Below, piece by piece: positions 40,312 to 49,463 of a DNA stretch of 64,000 bases. The position numbers were made by a program, and so were the translations under genes. The notes below the pieces were generated by a model, which did not search any database, was not told where the DNA came from, and saw nothing but the letters and a program-made list of their open reading frames with translations. Position 1 is the stretch's first letter. Each line of letters opens with the position of its first letter. Origin of the DNA: a bacterium. GTDB lineage: Bacteria > UBA8248. The stretch spans positions 736,001-800,000 of the forward strand of contig CBDCRP010000002.1 of NCBI GenBank assembly GCA_965221165.1, in the 5' to 3' direction.

Positions 40312-40398
40312 AGTTTATCGTATAGAATTTCCTGTGTCAACCCCCTTTTCCTGATGTGCAAAAGGGGGTTGACACATTATGAAATAAAATGAAATAAT
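40312..40398. promoter_or_regulatory. Divergent sigma70-like promoters with a 17-bp inverted repeat
   Basis: TGTGTCAACCCCCTTTT (40333-40349) / AAAAGGGGGTTGACACA (40360-40376); minus strand TTGACA-17-TAAACT. Confidence 0.65.
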
Positions 40399-40427
40399 CA
40401 ATGTCTCTTCAAGTAGAGGAGCGAAAA

Positions 40428-40690
40428 ATGGCTGCAGGATCGGAGGGACAAAAAAGACCTGGCGACGCGGTAGATTGCGCCGTTTAGGGTAGCGAGGATC
40501 GCAACGGGTGAAATCACCGAGTCTCAACCCCCAGCCAGATAATCGCCCGCAAGGACGGCAAGGCGAGGTCAGACAAACTCTCACCAGAAAGACGAAAAGA
40601 AATTGCGCAAATCGGAGAGAAGGTGCGCTGGAAGAAACGCAACGCGGCAGTTTGAAATTCCCTCATAAAATTTCAAGCTGAGACACTACC
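40428..40690 (+). pseudogene. Degraded small basic protein gene with a transposon-like end (IS1-like element remnant)
   Basis: Frames piece together as GQKRPGDAVDCAV-RVARIATGEI...GKARSDKLSPERRKEIA..RW, followed by ATTTCAAGCTGAGACACTACC. Family recognised from memory only. Confidence 0.5.
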
Positions 40691-40863
40691 CAGCGATAAG
40701 CGCGGAAAACCTGGGATGTGGCGCCTTCGCGCGGCTCCGGAGGCGGCGCGTTGACGGGAGGGATTGGATGGGGGAGAATTTTGGAAATTTCTCGAAATTG
40801 CGGAAGTTTTTAGCACTTCCACGAGTCCACGACAAGCGAACCGCGATCCCCAGAGGCGAGTAG

Positions 40864-41805
40864 ATGCGCGTCTATATCATTCGGCGATGCCTGCAGGCCA
40901 TCATCGTCATGCAGATCGTCCTCCTCATCGTCTTCCTCATGCTGTATCTGACGGGGGACCCGGCGGCGATGCTGATGCCGATCGACGCCGCGCAGGAGGA
41001 CCTCGACCAGTTCCGCAAGATGATGGGCTTCGATCAGCCCTTCCACGTTCAGTACTACCGCTTCCTCTTCGGGCACGGCCGGACCCACGGGGTGCTGCGG
41101 GGCGACTTCGGCTTTTCCTTCCGCCACGAGCTGCCCGCGATGGCCCTCGTGTTGCAGCATTTCCCGGCGACGCTCCAGCTTGCCTTCGCCTCGCTCTTCA
41201 TCGCGCTGATCATCGGAATTCCGACCGGGTTGCTCTCAGCCACGTTCCGCGGGACATGGATCGATCACGTGAGCACCGTGGGTGGGACGATCGGCCAGTC
41301 GATGCCGGACTTCTGGCTGGGCCTGATGTTGATCATACTCTTCGCGGCGCGCCTCCGGTGGCTACCCACCTCGGGCTACGAGGGGCCCGAGTACATCGTT
41401 CTGCCAGCAATCACTGCGGGCACCTACGCCACGGCGCGGTTCATGCGCCTGATGCGCTCGGGTATGCTCGAGGTCCTGCGGATGGACTACATCCGCACGG
41501 CTCGGTCCAAGGGGGTGGATGAGACTCGCGTGGTCTTATACCACTCCCTCAAGAACGCCTCCATCCCGGCGGTGACGCTGGTGGGCCTCGAATTGGGGAT
41601 CCTGCTCGGCGGAACCGTCGTCATCGAGACGGTCTTCGCCTGGCCCGGGGTGGGTTACCTGGTGGTGGACGCAATCAACCACCTGGACTATCCGGTGGTG
41701 CAGGCCGCGGTGACGCTCCTGGCTTTCCTGTTCGTTCTCGTGAACCTTGTGGTGGACATTCTCTACGCTTGGCTCGATCCCCGCATCTCCTACGCCAACG
41801 CCTAG
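40864..41805 (+). CDS. Peptide/nickel ABC permease (DppB-like)
   Basis: GDPA, GDFGFSF, DYIRTARSKG, IETVFAWPGVG and DILYAWLDPRI motifs. Confidence 0.95.
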   Translation: MRVYIIRRCLQAIIVMQIVLLIVFLMLYLTGDPAAMLMPIDAAQEDLDQFRKMMGFDQPFHVQYYRFLFGHGRTHGVLRGDFGFSFRHELPAMALVLQHFPATLQLAFASLFIALIIGIPTGLLSATFRGTWIDHVSTVGGTIGQSMPDFWLGLMLIILFAARLRWLPTSGYEGPEYIVLPAITAGTYATARFMRLMRSGMLEVLRMDYIRTARSKGVDETRVVLYHSLKNASIPAVTLVGLELGILLGGTVVIETVFAWPGVGYLVVDAINHLDYPVVQAAVTLLAFLFVLVNLVVDILYAWLDPRISYANA

Positions 41806-41841
41806 CGGGGAGCGCCGGCGAAGAGGACCGGGAGGGAATAC

Positions 41842-42774
41842 ATGGCACTGGATCAGGAGGCCGCGATGGCCAACCCGGAGGGGGCGGCGGATATTGAAGA
41901 GAGGGGGCCGTCGGATTTTCGCTTGGCCATGCGCGAGCTTGGCCGCAGGCCCCCCGCCATCTTCGGTCTCATCTGCGTGGTCATTGTGATAACCTGGGCG
42001 CTCGCTCCGCAGCTCTCCTCCCCGCTGGACCCCGTGGACCAGAACCTGGCGCGCTATCTGAAGCCGCCCGGCTTCACGGACGCCGCGGGAAACGTCTATT
42101 GGTTCGGCACCGACCAGCAGGGGCGCGACATCCTCAGCCGCGTCATCTGGGGCTCGCGCATCTCCCTCTTCGTGGGGTTGACCACCGTGGTCCTGAGCGG
42201 GGCGATCGGGATCACGCTGGGGCTCATCGCGGGCTACTTCGGGGGGTTCATAGACACCGTTATCAACCGCTTCGTTGACACCGCCCTGGCCATCCCCTTC
42301 ATCCTGCTGGCCATGACCATCGTCGCGATCCTGGGGCCGAGCCTCCAGAACGTCATCCTCGCCATCGCGCTCAGAACCTGGATCGTCTACGCGCGGGTGG
42401 TCCGGGGGGAGGTGCTCTCCCTCAAAGAGAACGAGTACGTGATGGCGGCCAAGGCGGTCGCCTGCCCGACGTGGCGGATACTCGCACTGTACCTGCTGCC
42501 GAACGTTATGTCCTCCTCCATCGTGATCGCCACCCTCTACCTCGGCCGGATGATCATCATCGAATCAGCCCTGTCCTTCCTGGGGCTCGGCGTTCCGCCG
42601 CCGACGCCGACCTGGGGCGGCATGCTCTCCGACGGGCGGGTGTTCCTGGAGAGGGCCTGGTGGGTCGCCTTCTTCCCCGGCTTCACCCTCATGCTGACCG
42701 TGCTGGGCGTGAATCTCCTGGGGGATTGGTTGCGCGATGTGCTCGACCCGCGACTCAAGCGGCTGGTGGACTAG
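41842..42774 (+). CDS. Peptide/nickel ABC permease (DppC-like)
   Basis: FGTDQQGRDILSR, EYVMAAKA, ESALSFLGLG and GDWLRDVLDPR motifs. Confidence 0.95.
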   Translation: MALDQEAAMANPEGAADIEERGPSDFRLAMRELGRRPPAIFGLICVVIVITWALAPQLSSPLDPVDQNLARYLKPPGFTDAAGNVYWFGTDQQGRDILSRVIWGSRISLFVGLTTVVLSGAIGITLGLIAGYFGGFIDTVINRFVDTALAIPFILLAMTIVAILGPSLQNVILAIALRTWIVYARVVRGEVLSLKENEYVMAAKAVACPTWRILALYLLPNVMSSSIVIATLYLGRMIIIESALSFLGLGVPPPTPTWGGMLSDGRVFLERAWWVAFFPGFTLMLTVLGVNLLGDWLRDVLDPRLKRLVD

Positions 42775-42785
42775 ACATCGCGGAG

Positions 42786-42810
42786 AAAAAGGGGCCGCGC
42801 GGCCCCCTTT
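42786..42810. terminator. Probable terminator after dppC
   Basis: AAAAAGGGGCC-GCGC-GGCCCCCTTT hairpin. Confidence 0.6.
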
Positions 42811-42813
42811 CCT

Positions 42814-44130
42814 TTGGAATCCCCATTTCCAGCGATGAAGGCTGCCCCGACGCCAATCCAGGCGCGAGCAATCCCAGAGCTTCTCGCTGGGCGTGACATG
42901 CTGGGTATTGCCCAGACAGGCACCGGCAAAACCGCGGCCTTTGCGCTGCCCATTCTTCAGCAGTTGTCGCGGCCACGCGGCGACGAGGGCGCCACCCGTA
43001 ACAAGCGCAACAATGTCAAAAACCGCAATCACAACGGCGCCAACAAAGCAGCCCGCAGACCGCGCGCCCTGGTCCTGGCGCCAACCCGCGAGCTTGCTAT
43101 CCAAATCGGTGAGGAATTCCGCGCCTACGGCAAGCACCTCGCGCTGCGTCAGACCGTAATCTTCGGTGGTGTCGGCCAGAAGCCGCAGGTCACTGCGCTG
43201 GTTCGTGGGCTCGACATTCTGATTGCGACGCCCGGGCGGCTGCTCGATCTAATGGAGCAGGGGCATGTCCGGCTCGATGCGATCGAATTCCTGGTTCTCG
43301 ATGAAGTCGACCGGATGCTCGATATGGGCTTTGTGCACGATGTCCGCAAGATCATGGCGGCGATGCCCAAGTCTCGCCAGTCGTTGCTTTTTTCCGCTAC
43401 CATGCCCAGCGAAATATCCCGGCTGTCGGCCGAGATCCTGACCGATCCGGTGCGGATAGAGGTGACACCCCAGGCAACGCCGATCGATCGTATCGAGAAG
43501 AGCATTTATCACGTCACCACCGCCGGAAAGCGGGTTTTGCTCGACACCATTCTCAAGGATCCCGCCATGTCGCGAGTGATTGTCTTTGCGCGCACCAAGC
43601 ACCATGCCAACCGTGTCGCAGAACAGCTCGGCAAGGGCGGCGTCGCAGCCGAGGCGCTCCACGGCAAGAAATCCCAGGGTGCCCGCCAGCGCGCCCTCAA
43701 GCGATTCCGCGACGGCCAGGCGCGGGTCCTGGTGGCGACCGATATCGCGGCCCGCGGCATCAATGTGGTTTCCGTCAGCCATGTCATCAATTGCGAACTC
43801 CCCAACGAGCCGGAAAATTATGTCCATCGAATCGGGCGGACAGCGCGGGCCGGTGCGGGCGGTGCGGCGATTGCCTTTTGCGATCCGAGCGAGCGGGCCT
43901 ATCTGAGCGATATCGAAAAGCTGATCAAGTGCCGGCTGACGGTGATTGGTGACGAACCCGCCCCGGCCGATCCCAAGCCGGCCTCCCCGGATCAGCGCGG
44001 CAGTCGCAGACCCAATAGAAGAACCCGGAAGCCCCGTAACAGGCCCGAACCCAGGACCGGCCGGCCCGGTAAAAACCGTCATCGCAGTCGATCCACAAGA
44101 GGCGGAGGAGCACCGCAGCCGGCGGCCTGA
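42814..44130 (+). pseudogene. RhlE-like DEAD-box RNA helicase, 5'-truncated with decayed motifs
   Basis: PTPIQ, AQTGTGKT, PTRELA, TPGRL, SAT and HRIGRTAR are present, but the N-terminal F..LGL part is absent and motifs read DEVD, HGKKSQ, ARGINV, INCELP. Confidence 0.65.
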
Positions 44131-44421
44131 AGCGGCGCCGTTATCCACCATACCGGCCGGCGTTTCTTACTGTGCGGCGGGCCGGGGTGACGTAGGCTCC
44201 GGCGGCTATCTTCCAGCGGAAAAAATTACGAACGCTACTTTTATCGCCGAACATTGCCGCCCGCGCCGTCGGGACGGCCAAAACGGGGGCTGCGCCGGGC
44301 ACGCGCCCAGACAAGGATTGATCCGGGCTATCGCCTTATCCAGCGGGCGGATTACGGTAGCTGGCCATGGCCCCGGCGGGGAGCGGGCCAGTGGCCGCGA
44401 AGGCTGGCGAAGCTCGCGATA

Positions 44422-44647
44422 TCAGTCGCGGTGCGCCACGTGGGCCAGAAAGCCCAGTACCTTCGCCCTGCTCAGCTTGTTCCAGAACGCGACCGATCCG
44501 TCCGGCCGCGCGCCGTGGAGTTGAAAGCCTTGTTTCGGCAGATCGATGCCGATGATGCTCACTTGTCCCATGAGTGCCTCCTTACGGGCGGTAAGCAAAG
44601 CAACCTGCCACAGTGTGGTACTGCCGGGAGGGGGCGTCCACCCCATC
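44422..44647 (-). mobile_element. IS110-family (IS1111-group) left end and first ~45 codons of transposase
   Basis: GATGGGGTGGACGCCCCC left end; AAGGAGG RBS; ATG 44571 MGQVSIIGIDLPKQGFQLHG. Confidence 0.8.
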
Positions 44648-44756
44648 GCTTGCCGACAGGAACTTCGCCGCCACGGACAAATGCGAGGAAATGCGTGCTC
44701 AGCCCCGACCGATGAGGTCAATCGCGACTGATGAGTGAGCAATGAACCTGTCCTAA

Positions 44757-44864
44757 TAATATCAACGGGATAAATGGATTTCACAGCCGGTGGAAATGCC
44801 CTGGTGTCTCTATGCGGGCGAAATATTCGGGCCAAAAAACGGCTGGAAACTCGAGGGATTTTCC
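44757..44864 (+). repeat. Partial, diverged copy C of the junction repeat family
   Basis: TAATATCAACGGGATAAATGGATTT is 23/25 identical to 17571-17595; AACGGCTGGAAA resembles 17609-17620. Confidence 0.7.
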
Positions 44865-44908
44865 AGGCTATCGGCAATAGTTATTGTCCGGCTACGGCGC
44901 GCGAATGT

Positions 44909-45697
44909 TCAGAAGATCGAATGGAATTTTCCGCCGTCGACGTTGATCGTTGCTCCCGTGATGTAGCCCGCGTGAACCGACGCCAGAAACACCGCCAGCC
45001 CCGCCACTTCTTCGGGAGAGCCGAATCGTCCGAGGGGAATTTGTGATTCACGGGCCCGCCGCATTTCGTAGATCGGTATCCCTCGTTCCTTGGCGAGTTG
45101 TTCCGTCATCCAGTCCTGCATGGGCGTATCGATCTGCCCCAGACAGATCGTGTTCACCAGGATATCGTCTTTGGCCAGGGCTTGGGAGAGTCCTTTGCTC
45201 AGGCCCAAAAGCGCGGCGTTCGTCGTGCTTCCTCCCAGAACGCCGGGCAGGGGTTCTTTCCCGGTTCCTCCGACCATGTTGATGATCCGTCCGCCATGTT
45301 GCTTTTTCATGAAATGCGCCGCCTCGCGCGTGATCACGAGATAACCGACGATCTTCGTGTCCACGGTCTTTCGAATCTGCGCCGGCGTCAGCGAGGGAAG
45401 CGAACTCGGCGCCGCGCGTCCTGCGTTGTTCACGAGGATGTCCAGCCGACCGAAAGACTCGACCACGCGAGACGCGAGCTCCGTGGCTTGCTCCTCCACG
45501 CCGATGTCCGCACGAAGAGAGAGACCCACACCGCCCCGCTCCTCGACCACCTTCAGGGTGGTGTCCAGGCGGGCTTGATCCCGACCGCAGAAGGCGACCT
45601 TCGCGCCTTGGTCCGCCAAGGCCAATACCGTCGCCTTTCCAATCCCGCTTGTCCCTCCGGTGACGAGAGCAACCTTCCCCTCCAGGTACATGTCCAT
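44909..45697 (-). CDS. Atypical SDR-family oxidoreductase
   Basis: TGGTSGIG, LVNNAG and ITGATINVDGG motifs; YxxxK replaced by STTNA. Confidence 0.9.
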   Translation of the reverse strand: MDMYLEGKVALVTGGTSGIGKATVLALADQGAKVAFCGRDQARLDTTLKVVEERGGVGLSLRADIGVEEQATELASRVVESFGRLDILVNNAGRAAPSSLPSLTPAQIRKTVDTKIVGYLVITREAAHFMKKQHGGRIINMVGGTGKEPLPGVLGGSTTNAALLGLSKGLSQALAKDDILVNTICLGQIDTPMQDWMTEQLAKERGIPIYEMRRARESQIPLGRFGSPEEVAGLAVFLASVHAGYITGATINVDGGKFHSIF

Positions 45698-45811
45698 TGC
45701 CAATCCTCATCGCTCGTGAATGAACTATCGTTTCCTACTGATGGAAGATGCAGGGCGACTCTTGACGAAAGCGCCCGGGTCGACGATGCGGCGAAGCTCC
45801 GGCAAAGCCTT

Positions 45812-46918
45812 CTATCCCAGAACGATTTTCCCCATGCCGTCCTCCCGGGTGATTCGGGTAGTGAACTCCGCCGAGAGCCTCTCCACGAGGTCGATCACTC
45901 CTTCGGCTCTCTCTCCGTCAACGAAGCCGGGATTGCCTGAATCGTCAATCAAAGCCGGAACGAAGCCTAAGTCCGCTACACCATCCTTTTCGACCGTGAG
46001 TTCAAAGAGAGCCGTCTCCCGCGGCATGCGCTTTTTAATGAGTTCCGGCGTCATCACGCCACCGTAGGACAGTTCGGAGTTTCCGACATCGGGCAGTTCG
46101 TGGAAGATGAAATTTCCTACCCCGTAGAGGATCGGCTTTCCTTTGTAGATTTCGACAGCCTGAAGCGTGTGGGAGTGATGCCCCAGAACCACATCCGCGC
46201 CCGCATCTACGAGCGCGCGACCGACACACGTCTGGTATTCCGCCAGGTCGTAGCGGCTCGCCAGCCCCCAATGACCGGCGATGATCACGATGTCCGCCTC
46301 TCGCTTCGCCGCCGCCACGACTTTTTGCATGCGCGTGATATCGGCCTGAAGCGGAAAAGTTTTCACCGGAGGGGGCGTCCCGGGTTGTTCCTGGGTTCTC
46401 GGGCTCGGCTCCAGGACGAAAGCGGAAAAGATATGGATGGGCGCGAGGCCGGGGCGCTCCTCACCCGCGGAGCAGCCGAGCGGAAGGGTGGAGGCGAAAC
46501 CCAGGAAAGCCACGCGGACCCCGGCCTTCTGAATGATGGCCGGCGCGTACGCCTCCTGCAAATTCCGGCCTGCTCCCACGCGCCGAACCCCCTTCGCGTC
46601 GAGAATGGACAGGGTGTCCAAAAGCGCGTCGTAGCCGTAGTCGAGCATGTGATTGTTAGCGAGGGTGACAACGTCCACCCCCATCTCGTCCAACTCATCG
46701 ATCAGGGAAGGGTGGGACCGTAGATACGTGTATTTTTCGGCCGGATAGCCCCTTTCGGAATACGGGCTCTCCAGGTTGATGAACGTCACGTCGGCCCCCG
46801 CCATGCGCTCGAAAAGAGCGCGCACGGGTTCCGCTGCCGGCTCTCCCGGACGAGGAAGCTTCTTGCCGATGAACGCGTCCCCGGCCAACGCGATGGAAAC
46901 CGTCCCTTCGTTGGACAT
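45812..46918 (-). CDS. CapA-family metallophosphoesterase-fold protein (copy 1)
   Basis: AGD, NLESP, LANNHMLDYG, HWG, GHHSHTLQ and YGVGNF motifs; no signal peptide or TM anchor seen. Confidence 0.9.
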   Translation of the reverse strand: MSNEGTVSIALAGDAFIGKKLPRPGEPAAEPVRALFERMAGADVTFINLESPYSERGYPAEKYTYLRSHPSLIDELDEMGVDVVTLANNHMLDYGYDALLDTLSILDAKGVRRVGAGRNLQEAYAPAIIQKAGVRVAFLGFASTLPLGCSAGEERPGLAPIHIFSAFVLEPSPRTQEQPGTPPPVKTFPLQADITRMQKVVAAAKREADIVIIAGHWGLASRYDLAEYQTCVGRALVDAGADVVLGHHSHTLQAVEIYKGKPILYGVGNFIFHELPDVGNSELSYGGVMTPELIKKRMPRETALFELTVEKDGVADLGFVPALIDDSGNPGFVDGERAEGVIDLVERLSAEFTTRITREDGMGKIVLG

Positions 46919-46942
46919 CCTGTCTCACTCCTATTGTAACAA

Positions 46943-48016
46943 TCAGGCCGCCTTTTCTCCGAGCCTGACCAGGCCACGGCTGCCGGCGAACTCGATCACC
47001 GTTCCGTATTTCGCCGACAAGTCGGAAACTTCTCCCACGATCCGCATCGTTTCCTCCGGTTCGGCGAGGCGTGGGTGTCCGGACGAGTTCAAAACGAGCG
47101 GCATGAGCGCCAACTCGCGCACTCCCTCCACCCCGAGACGGGCTTCCACCAGGAGTTCGTCTTTCGACATGAAATCGTACACGTTCCTGGACATGCCTTC
47201 GGGAAGCTCGTGAAACAGGAAATTGCTCACACCGTAGATAATCGGCGTGCTCTCGACCATCTCCACCGGTTGGATGCAATGTGCGTGGTGGCCGACGATG
47301 AGGTCTGCGCCCGCCGCGGCGAGAGCGTGTCCGACGTCGCGTTGGTAATCCATGAGGGCGTTTACGTTCGGCAACCCCCAGTGGGGCAGGACGACCACGA
47401 GGTCGGAGGAACTTTTCGCTTCGCGCACCGCGTTCTGGAGGGTCTGGATGTCCTCGGGGGAGGAGAAAGTCATAACGGGAGGTGGAGTGCCCGGTTGCTC
47501 TTGGGTCCGTGCGCTCGACTCGACCACCCAGGCCGTGAAGACGTGTAGTGGATTCACGCCCGGCCTGTCTTCTCCCGCCGCGCTTCCCAGAGGAAGTGTG
47601 GCCGCACACGCAAGAAAAGTCACGTGGATGCCCTTTGCCTCGAGAACCAACGGACAGGACGCTTCTTCGATGTCCCGGCCCGCCCCCACGAAGGGGATTC
47701 CTTCGCTTCGCAGAATGTCCAAGGTGTCCAGGAGGGCGTCGGGACCATAGTCGAGCATGTGGTTGTTCGCTATCGTGACGCAATCGACCCCCAGGTGATG
47801 TAGATCTTCCACGCGCTCCGGCGGCACCCGCATGCGGACGATCTTTTCGGCCGGCGCGCCCCGCCGCGAAAGCGGCATCTCTAAAACGCATACCGAGAGA
47901 TCCGCCGCTCGGAGCTGATCGAGGACCATTTCGAGGCGGGGTTCATCTCGAGGGAGCGGGCGGTTAACCCAAAAGTCTCCCGCGACGGCCAAAGTTATCG
48001 TATCGGCTGTGCTCAT
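46943..48016 (-). CDS. CapA-family metallophosphoesterase-fold protein (copy 2)
   Basis: AGD, LEMP, ANNHMLDYG, PHWG, GHHAH and YGVSNF motifs. Confidence 0.9.
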   Translation of the reverse strand: MSTADTITLAVAGDFWVNRPLPRDEPRLEMVLDQLRAADLSVCVLEMPLSRRGAPAEKIVRMRVPPERVEDLHHLGVDCVTIANNHMLDYGPDALLDTLDILRSEGIPFVGAGRDIEEASCPLVLEAKGIHVTFLACAATLPLGSAAGEDRPGVNPLHVFTAWVVESSARTQEQPGTPPPVMTFSSPEDIQTLQNAVREAKSSSDLVVVLPHWGLPNVNALMDYQRDVGHALAAAGADLIVGHHAHCIQPVEMVESTPIIYGVSNFLFHELPEGMSRNVYDFMSKDELLVEARLGVEGVRELALMPLVLNSSGHPRLAEPEETMRIVGEVSDLSAKYGTVIEFAGSRGLVRLGEKAA

Positions 48017-49413
48017 CCCTTCTTTCCCATCCGCAAGTACCGCCCGTCCGTGCGTCTGAGTTGAGCGATTCGCCTCAGCGCCCGGTCAACTTGCTGCGGG
48101 CATGTGCCGATGTAGTTTTCCGGTTTTGTGACCTCGTCGATTTCCTCGACGGTGAGATGTTTTCGCGCGACCGGATACGCGAGGAGGCACTCCTTCAGCG
48201 AGCGTCCCTCTTCCCTCGCTTGCTGGGCGGCGTCATGGCAGATGGTATGCGCTTCGACCTTTCGCTTCGTCTTCTGATACAGGCGCAGCATCACCGCTTC
48301 GGTCATGGTGAACTCTCGTTGAAGCTCGAGATTGCGGCGCATCGCTTTTTTGTCGACGACAAGGCCGCCGTAAATCTGCTTGGCCGCCGCGACCGCGGAT
48401 GACGCCAAACCGAAGCTCTCGGCGATTCGCGAGAATTCCACGGCGTAGCGGCTCGCGTCACGCTCGTGCTGCTGCTGGACGTCCATCATGGCGAGCGCGT
48501 TTGTCCGTGAGAGCTTGGCGAGTCCTTCCTGCCATTCACTTGTCTCAGGATTGCGTTTGTGGGGGAAGGTGCTGCTGCTGTGCTGGTGTTCGATGTCCCA
48601 GGGCTCCGCCACTTCGGCCACTTCGGTCCGCTGGAGGTCGCGGAGGTCCATCCCCGCTTCCCCCAGTGTTGAATTGATCAGCGCGAGAATGTTGAGCAAT
48701 TCCGCAAAGCGGTCCGTCCGATGGTGCATGCTGATGTAGGGAACTTGGAGCGCCAGCCGCTTGGCCACCAACGTTTCCATCCGCCGGGTGGTGTGAAGGT
48801 CGCTCAGGTAGACGAAAGTGGACTGAGCGCCGGTTCCAGAAGAGACGTTCGCGTAAAAAAGCCGCTTGCTGCACTCCTTGAGTCGCTCGATGTGATCCCG
48901 GAGCTCGCTGCAAAGAATCGCGATCTTCTGGCCGTATGTGACGGGAGAGGCCTGCTGACCCTCCGTTCGACCGGCCATGACGGTGGTGCGATGACGTCGG
49001 GCCAGACGGACGAGGATGGATTCGAGCTCTCGAAGCTCGGTGAGAAGGAGGACGTAAGACTCGCGGATCTGCAGCGTCAGACCGCCGTCCAGGATGTCCT
49101 GGGTCGTCGTTCCGAGATGGAAATATTCCCCTTCAGGCCCCGCCACCTTCGCGAAAGCGTGAACCAGCGAGACGATCCAGTGGCGCGCCTTCTCGAACTC
49201 GCGGAAGACGAGAAGGGGGGTGACCTTCTTCACGTCGCAACTGCGCACGATGGCCTTGGACGCCCATTTCGGAATCATCTTCACTTCCCCTTGCGCCCAG
49301 GCGATGGCCGCCTCCACGTCGAGCCATTTTTGGACCATGTTCTCTTCGGTCCAGATAGTCCGCATCTCGGGCGTGGCGTAATAATCACGAAGCAACAGGC
49401 ACTGATCTTTCAT
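48013..49413 (-). CDS. Adenylosuccinate-lyase/fumarase-aspartase superfamily lyase with atypical active-site residues
   Basis: HLGTTTQDILD, AGRTEGQQA, SSSTFPHKRNP and HERD motifs. Confidence 0.85.
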   Translation of the reverse strand: MKDQCLLLRDYYATPEMRTIWTEENMVQKWLDVEAAIAWAQGEVKMIPKWASKAIVRSCDVKKVTPLLVFREFEKARHWIVSLVHAFAKVAGPEGEYFHLGTTTQDILDGGLTLQIRESYVLLLTELRELESILVRLARRHRTTVMAGRTEGQQASPVTYGQKIAILCSELRDHIERLKECSKRLFYANVSSGTGAQSTFVYLSDLHTTRRMETLVAKRLALQVPYISMHHRTDRFAELLNILALINSTLGEAGMDLRDLQRTEVAEVAEPWDIEHQHSSSTFPHKRNPETSEWQEGLAKLSRTNALAMMDVQQQHERDASRYAVEFSRIAESFGLASSAVAAAKQIYGGLVVDKKAMRRNLELQREFTMTEAVMLRLYQKTKRKVEAHTICHDAAQQAREEGRSLKECLLAYPVARKHLTVEEIDEVTKPENYIGTCPQQVDRALRRIAQLRRTDGRYLRMGKKG

Positions 49414-49463
49414 TTTTTCTCCGCGGTTTTCCGTTGTTTGGAGGAATGAATAGAATAAGAAGC

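Noticed and set aside
9783-44647. IS110 C-terminal piece (9.8 kb) and N-terminal piece (44.5 kb) as two halves of one split element
   Set aside because: They are on opposite strands, roughly 100 codons are missing between them and the end repeats are similar but not identical; cannot be supported.
45812-48016. Poly-gamma-glutamate capsule locus
   Set aside because: No capB/capC in the window, no membrane anchors, and the context is catabolic.
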